A DNA stretch of 20,837 nucleotides from Candidatus Hodarchaeum mangrovi (lineage in GTDB: Archaea > Asgardarchaeota > Heimdallarchaeia > Hodarchaeales > Hodarchaeaceae), in assembly GCA_016839515.1 (NCBI GenBank), contig JAEOUE010000281.1, positions 1-20,837 of the forward strand. Direction: 5' to 3'. The translations under genes and the position numbers were made by a program. This document shows, one piece after another, positions 16,467 to 20,837 of this stretch (position 1 is its first letter; every line of letters starts with the position of its first letter). The notes below the pieces were generated by a model. The model was given only the letters and a program-made list of their open reading frames with translations, did no database searches and was not told the origin of the DNA.

Positions 16467-18761
16467 GTGATAGTAATTAACTTCAAATTTCTTTTGAATT
16501 TAATAAAAATTAAAGATTTCAAATTAATCAGTAAAGAGATTATCATTTTATCATTGATAACAATTATTCTATTTAATCCATTTTTAAAAGACAATTTTTT
16601 GTTTGTTGAAAAAAATTTAACTATAAAAGCATCTAACGACCCATTCATTAGCTTAAAACCTCACAAAGGATCTATAAAGTTTTCCAATTCATGGACTATC
16701 ATGATCTATATAGCTGCAGATAATGATCTTGAATCTTGTGGAAAAGATGATTTATCCGAAATTACAAGTGCAATCGGTAAATATGATACAGGTTTAATGA
16801 CTGTAACTACCTTATATGATGGATGGGAACCAGCAATCAGGGATAGTAAGACTCATTGGTCTGATACAACAATTTTTAGAGTAATGGGGGACATTGAATC
16901 TCATGATGAGGAATTCTGGGGGGAATTGAATATGGGAGATCCTAAAACCTTGGAAAGATTTATACTTCGCTCGATCCAAGATTTTCCAGCAGAGCATTAT
17001 TGTTTAATTCTCTGGAATCATGGTTTGGGCTGGGAGACTGGGATAACAGATTATAATGAATATCAAAGCCTGAAGAGCGGCACTTGCCTTAATTATAACA
17101 GAATTCGCGAATTCCTTCTCCCCGAATTCCGAAAAAGCATATGTTGGGACGATAGGTCATTTGGAGATGCACTAACGGAAACAGAATTGACCACAGTCCT
17201 AAAAAAATTACCAATCAAGCTAGATGTCATCGCATTTGATGCCTGTTTTATGGGATGTTTTGAGGTTGCTTTTTCAATACGGCAGTATGCAGATTATATG
17301 GTTGCAACAGAAGATAGCATTGCAGGAACTGGATTCTACTATACAGGTTTCTTGAACGATTTAAAAAATCGAATCAAAACAGGACAGAACTATTCTCCTG
17401 CCATTCTATCAACTTCAATCGCCAAATACACCTTTCAGCAACAATTTATTGATGATAGTATCGGGGATGTAACAGAAATAGCTGTAATTGATTTGACACT
17501 CATCGAGGAAATAGCAAAGAAAATTGATACATTCGCAAATGAGATAACATTACTCCCTTCAAATGTAATACGTAATTTGAATGAAAAAGTTCAAAATATT
17601 TCTGATTACGGTCTAGCAGAACAAATAGATCTGTATGCATTTTTAGATTTATCTTCAGAGATAGAACCATCTCTTGCGAGTAATACGGAGGAACTCAAAC
17701 AAATAATCTCACAGTCAATAATGTGGGAAGATCATCTGGTGGATTATGTCCCTTCTTCACATGGTTTAACAATATATCTACCTTGGCTTGAAGGATTGTG
17801 GATCGAGGAATATCAAACTGTACCAAGTTTTGGTAGAGAAAACGGATGGGCTAACACTGCAAAGTATTTCGCAGACCAAGCGATTGTATATACACCACCT
17901 TCATTTCTAATCGAATCAGACTGCATGATTCAGGATTTTCTTCAAGAAGAAGACATTCTCCTTTATCTCCTCCCTCTTCATAAAGAGGAAGAAGTAACAA
18001 TAAATCTAGTTGCAGAGAATACTACGGATTTTGATGTTTATATTTTCGATTCCAATTTTGATGTAGTGGCGAGAGCCGAGGAGGAGGTATATCCAGAAAT
18101 TATCCACTTCAATGCATGGTATGCAGACGATTTTTTATTAATAATTAATGCATTTAGAGGCAATGGAACCTTTGGATTCACTATAGAATTTAACGATGAT
18201 CATGCCGAGGTAGATCTTATGACATGTTTAGATCAGCTTCCAGTTGATAATGATGGGAACCAAAAAATTGATGATTTTCGCTTTGTCTTTCTAATCGATT
18301 CTCCAAGAAATATGGTCGGAGAATTTAGCTTTAAATTATTCGGTTATTATGTATCGCCAGTATTCTACTGGACACAAGAATTAGAAATTGGAAGACAGCT
18401 CGCCATAATTTATATTCCAGGAGAATATTTCTATCATTTTCTTGATGAAGATGAGAGTTGGGGAGAATTTCGAGAAGAAAAAATTAACGGGAAATACCTA
18501 TCTCATCAAGTCGATCCGAGATATTTAATAAAATTTACAGATTTAGATCCTAATTTACAATTCAAAAAGCTGACAAATACCTCAATAGAGGTTTTTTATA
18601 ATGGCGATCCTCCCATAATAGTAATTCCTTCTCTTACTACATTGAAATCCTATCAATCCTCATCTATAGTTACTAATGAAATAGTGTTCTCAGTTCTGGC
18701 GATTCAACTAGTTTTACAATTCTTGAAGAAAATTCGTAAAAGGGGAGGAATGAAGAAATGA
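16467..18761 (+). CDS. Clostripain-family (peptidase C11) surface cysteine protease with PPC-like domain and C-terminal anchor
   Basis: WTIMIYIAADNDLE, ELNMGDPKTL, FPAEHYCLILWNHG (catalytic His), ICWDD and IAFDACFMG (catalytic Cys), then a DFDVYIFD PPC-like segment and a C-terminal TM + KKIRKR. The exact start is uncertain. Confidence 0.92.
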   Translation: MIVINFKFLLNLIKIKDFKLISKEIIILSLITIILFNPFLKDNFLFVEKNLTIKASNDPFISLKPHKGSIKFSNSWTIMIYIAADNDLESCGKDDLSEITSAIGKYDTGLMTVTTLYDGWEPAIRDSKTHWSDTTIFRVMGDIESHDEEFWGELNMGDPKTLERFILRSIQDFPAEHYCLILWNHGLGWETGITDYNEYQSLKSGTCLNYNRIREFLLPEFRKSICWDDRSFGDALTETELTTVLKKLPIKLDVIAFDACFMGCFEVAFSIRQYADYMVATEDSIAGTGFYYTGFLNDLKNRIKTGQNYSPAILSTSIAKYTFQQQFIDDSIGDVTEIAVIDLTLIEEIAKKIDTFANEITLLPSNVIRNLNEKVQNISDYGLAEQIDLYAFLDLSSEIEPSLASNTEELKQIISQSIMWEDHLVDYVPSSHGLTIYLPWLEGLWIEEYQTVPSFGRENGWANTAKYFADQAIVYTPPSFLIESDCMIQDFLQEEDILLYLLPLHKEEEVTINLVAENTTDFDVYIFDSNFDVVARAEEEVYPEIIHFNAWYADDFLLIINAFRGNGTFGFTIEFNDDHAEVDLMTCLDQLPVDNDGNQKIDDFRFVFLIDSPRNMVGEFSFKLFGYYVSPVFYWTQELEIGRQLAIIYIPGEYFYHFLDEDESWGEFREEKINGKYLSHQVDPRYLIKFTDLDPNLQFKKLTNTSIEVFYNGDPPIIVIPSLTTLKSYQSSSIVTNEIVFSVLAIQLVLQFLKKIRKRGGMKK

Positions 18762-20653
18762 GAAAGGCAAGCTATTGTGCTATAGTCCTTATTTTTTTTC
18801 TATCGCTTTATAGCATAGATACTCCTGAATTAAAGGTTCTTCCTATAAAAATTTCAGCCACCCCAGCATTTTATCACAGTATTCCAATAGAGATTGATGG
18901 TGATGAAGAATTAGGGAATTTTGTAGCTGTTGGAAATGGTTCAAAAGCAAATCCATACCGAATTACTGTCCTAAATATTACAGCAAACGATTCATATTTT
19001 ATTTCAACTGGTTTGATCAAAATTTCAAACACGGAATCTCATTTAATTATAGAAAATAATTTCTTAAATGCAAATGACCTAAGAAGATATGGAATATATT
19101 TGATAGGTTGTAGTAATATTCAAATTAATAATAATACGTTGATTAACCCGAAAACAGCTATATACTGCATTAATACAAGAAATTTAACAATAGATCGAAA
19201 TAATATAACTATTTGTGCTGTAGCTATAGCAATAAGAGGAGGTGATAAGTTAAATATTACAAATAATCATCTAAAGGCCGATGTGACTGGGATAAGCCTC
19301 GAGAATACTCATTCCAACATAATAAAAGATAATATTATCACTCAGTATAGAACTATCCCTGGAATGGTTTATTCAATTCAACGGGGAATATCCCTCGATA
19401 ATGTTTTCAATTCCTCAATATACAGGAATTTTATAGCAAAGTGTCAGATAGGTGGGATTTATATAGAATACCTAGGTGAAAACCTGCTTATTTTCAATAA
19501 TACATTGGAGAAGACCTCTATTCTAGCAGGACAAGAAACCTCGTATACTCGAATTGAAAATAACACTATATATGGATCGCTATCACCAGGTATACAATTT
19601 AAAGGTTGGAAATGTGAGAATAATACCATTGAAAACAACATTATTTCAAAATGTAAGATTGGTATTAATCTAGGGGAATCTTCCAAGAGAAATAGCATAA
19701 TAAAAAATTACCTATTTTCTAACAACAATACAGGCATTCTACTAGGAGAAAATAATGACAATACTATAACGCATAATCTGATACAGCAAACATTAGGGCA
19801 TGGGATCGTACTGGAGGGATCTACTAATACTGATGTCACATTTAACACTTTTTTCAATAATACAGGATTAGGAGTGTATATTCCGCTATTTCATTCATCA
19901 TTTGGAGATATTCTTCTCAGACCAAAAAATACTATTTCTAAAAATAATTTCATGGGGAATAACCCCGCAGGAGGAAGTCAAGCACTTGACGATTGTGCAA
20001 CAAGTGTATTCGATCAAAATTTCTGGGATGAGTGGACAAGCCCCGATGAGAACTTGGATGGAATTGTAGATAGTTCATATTCTATCTGGGGCACAGCAGA
20101 GATTCAAGATAAAAATCCCATGGTACAGAATTATTCGATATCTCATAAAGAAGAAATCCCAAACTGGTTTAGAGCACCAACGTTAATCTTCCCAAATGGC
20201 CACGAACAACTAAGTGGAACTGTAACAATTCAATGGATTGCAGCATTTGACCTACAAGGACATGCGATTACATATATAATCCTATTCTCAGGAAACGGAG
20301 GGTACACTTGGCAGAATATTAGTGCAAACCTTACCACGACCTCCTTCATATGGGATACGACAGTCTGGGAGGATAGTCCGTATTGTAAACTAAAAATAAT
20401 AGCAAATAATGGCTATAATACAAAGATAGAGTTTACAAACAAAGCTTTTAGTATAATTAATAATCCTAGTACCTCCCAACCTAGTTCTACTTCGACTATA
20501 CCATCTTCTTTACCCACTAATACTACAGCCCCACATACAGGTACCTTAACAACAGCAACTGAAACTACTACTCAAAGAATAGATCTTATTTTATTACTCG
20601 CACTAGTACTCATAGGATTTAAAAGGAGATATATTAAGATTAAAGATAGATAG
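18758..20653 (+). CDS. Right-handed parallel beta-helix (NosD/CASH) surface protein with Ig/FN3-like domain and C-terminal anchor
   Basis: Signal peptide, PIEIDGD...GNGSKANPYRI cap, many GI.L...N.I.NN repeats, NFWDEW...D..P end cap, PTLIFPNG...W...D..GH..TY Ig-like domain, then a Thr/Ser linker, TM and KRR. ATGA overlap with the protease gene. Confidence 0.9.
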   Translation: MRKASYCAIVLIFFLSLYSIDTPELKVLPIKISATPAFYHSIPIEIDGDEELGNFVAVGNGSKANPYRITVLNITANDSYFISTGLIKISNTESHLIIENNFLNANDLRRYGIYLIGCSNIQINNNTLINPKTAIYCINTRNLTIDRNNITICAVAIAIRGGDKLNITNNHLKADVTGISLENTHSNIIKDNIITQYRTIPGMVYSIQRGISLDNVFNSSIYRNFIAKCQIGGIYIEYLGENLLIFNNTLEKTSILAGQETSYTRIENNTIYGSLSPGIQFKGWKCENNTIENNIISKCKIGINLGESSKRNSIIKNYLFSNNNTGILLGENNDNTITHNLIQQTLGHGIVLEGSTNTDVTFNTFFNNTGLGVYIPLFHSSFGDILLRPKNTISKNNFMGNNPAGGSQALDDCATSVFDQNFWDEWTSPDENLDGIVDSSYSIWGTAEIQDKNPMVQNYSISHKEEIPNWFRAPTLIFPNGHEQLSGTVTIQWIAAFDLQGHAITYIILFSGNGGYTWQNISANLTTTSFIWDTTVWEDSPYCKLKIIANNGYNTKIEFTNKAFSIINNPSTSQPSSTSTIPSSLPTNTTAPHTGTLTTATETTTQRIDLILLLALVLIGFKRRYIKIKDR

Positions 20654-20768
20654 TAACTTTGCTTCCAATTCATGATCCTAGACCAATAAATATGGTAGCA
20701 GAAGTCTTTACAACTAGAATACATAATCATTCAAGTATAGGATAAATAGTCTATAAACTTGTAAGAAT

Positions 20769-20837
20769 TTAGAGAGAATCTGATCTGAACTTCAACTCAA
20801 CCTTGTAATGTAATTCATTGATGAATGTACGTGGGTA
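20769..20837 (-). CDS. Possible 3' end of a convergent gene entering from beyond the window
   Basis: Open frame YPRTFINELHYKVELKFRSDSL* runs from the window edge. Too short to confirm. Confidence 0.2.
   Translation of the reverse strand, partial: YPRTFINELHYKVELKFRSDSL

Noticed and set aside
1687-19698. Short ORFs in the track (1687, 2676, 3136, 6773, 8146, 8449, 10054, 10794, 10864, 12861, 15336, 16451, 16812, 19459)
   Set aside because: They are antisense or alternate-frame shadows overlapping well-supported genes and have no recognisable motifs.

Overview
AT-rich archaeal window. GGTGA/GGAG-type SD motifs, TATA-like boxes, many Thr-linker/TM/basic-tail surface proteins and the NosD-repeat and long coiled-coil protein styles suggest an Asgard archaeon, probably Heimdallarchaeia-like (inference). 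I found no RNA genes, CRISPR array or recognisable mobile element. It is an accessory region with about 14 protein genes: a partial ICMT-family methyltransferase, a longin/uDENN-like hypothetical, an F420/NADP oxidoreductase, a cyclophilin-like protein, several N-glycosylation-rich surface proteins (DOMON, clostripain C11, NosD beta-helix), a NapH/MauN-type polyferredoxin, a CPBP protease, a VOC-YdjC fusion, a membrane-anchored MBL hydrolase, and a STAND-like ATPase/TPR gene followed by a 718-aa coiled-coil gene. Three features are missing from the ORF track. (1) A RING-type zinc finger (ending CPMCR) lies in the +1 frame directly behind the C-terminal TM helix of the 417-aa surface protein, implying an ectodomain-TM-RING receptor-E3-like architecture that is now frameshifted. 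(2) A 42-aa in-frame internal-deletion remnant of a cyclase (KynB-like) gene lies upstream of the F420 oxidoreductase. (3) The longin-like gene appears to have a decayed 5' half.
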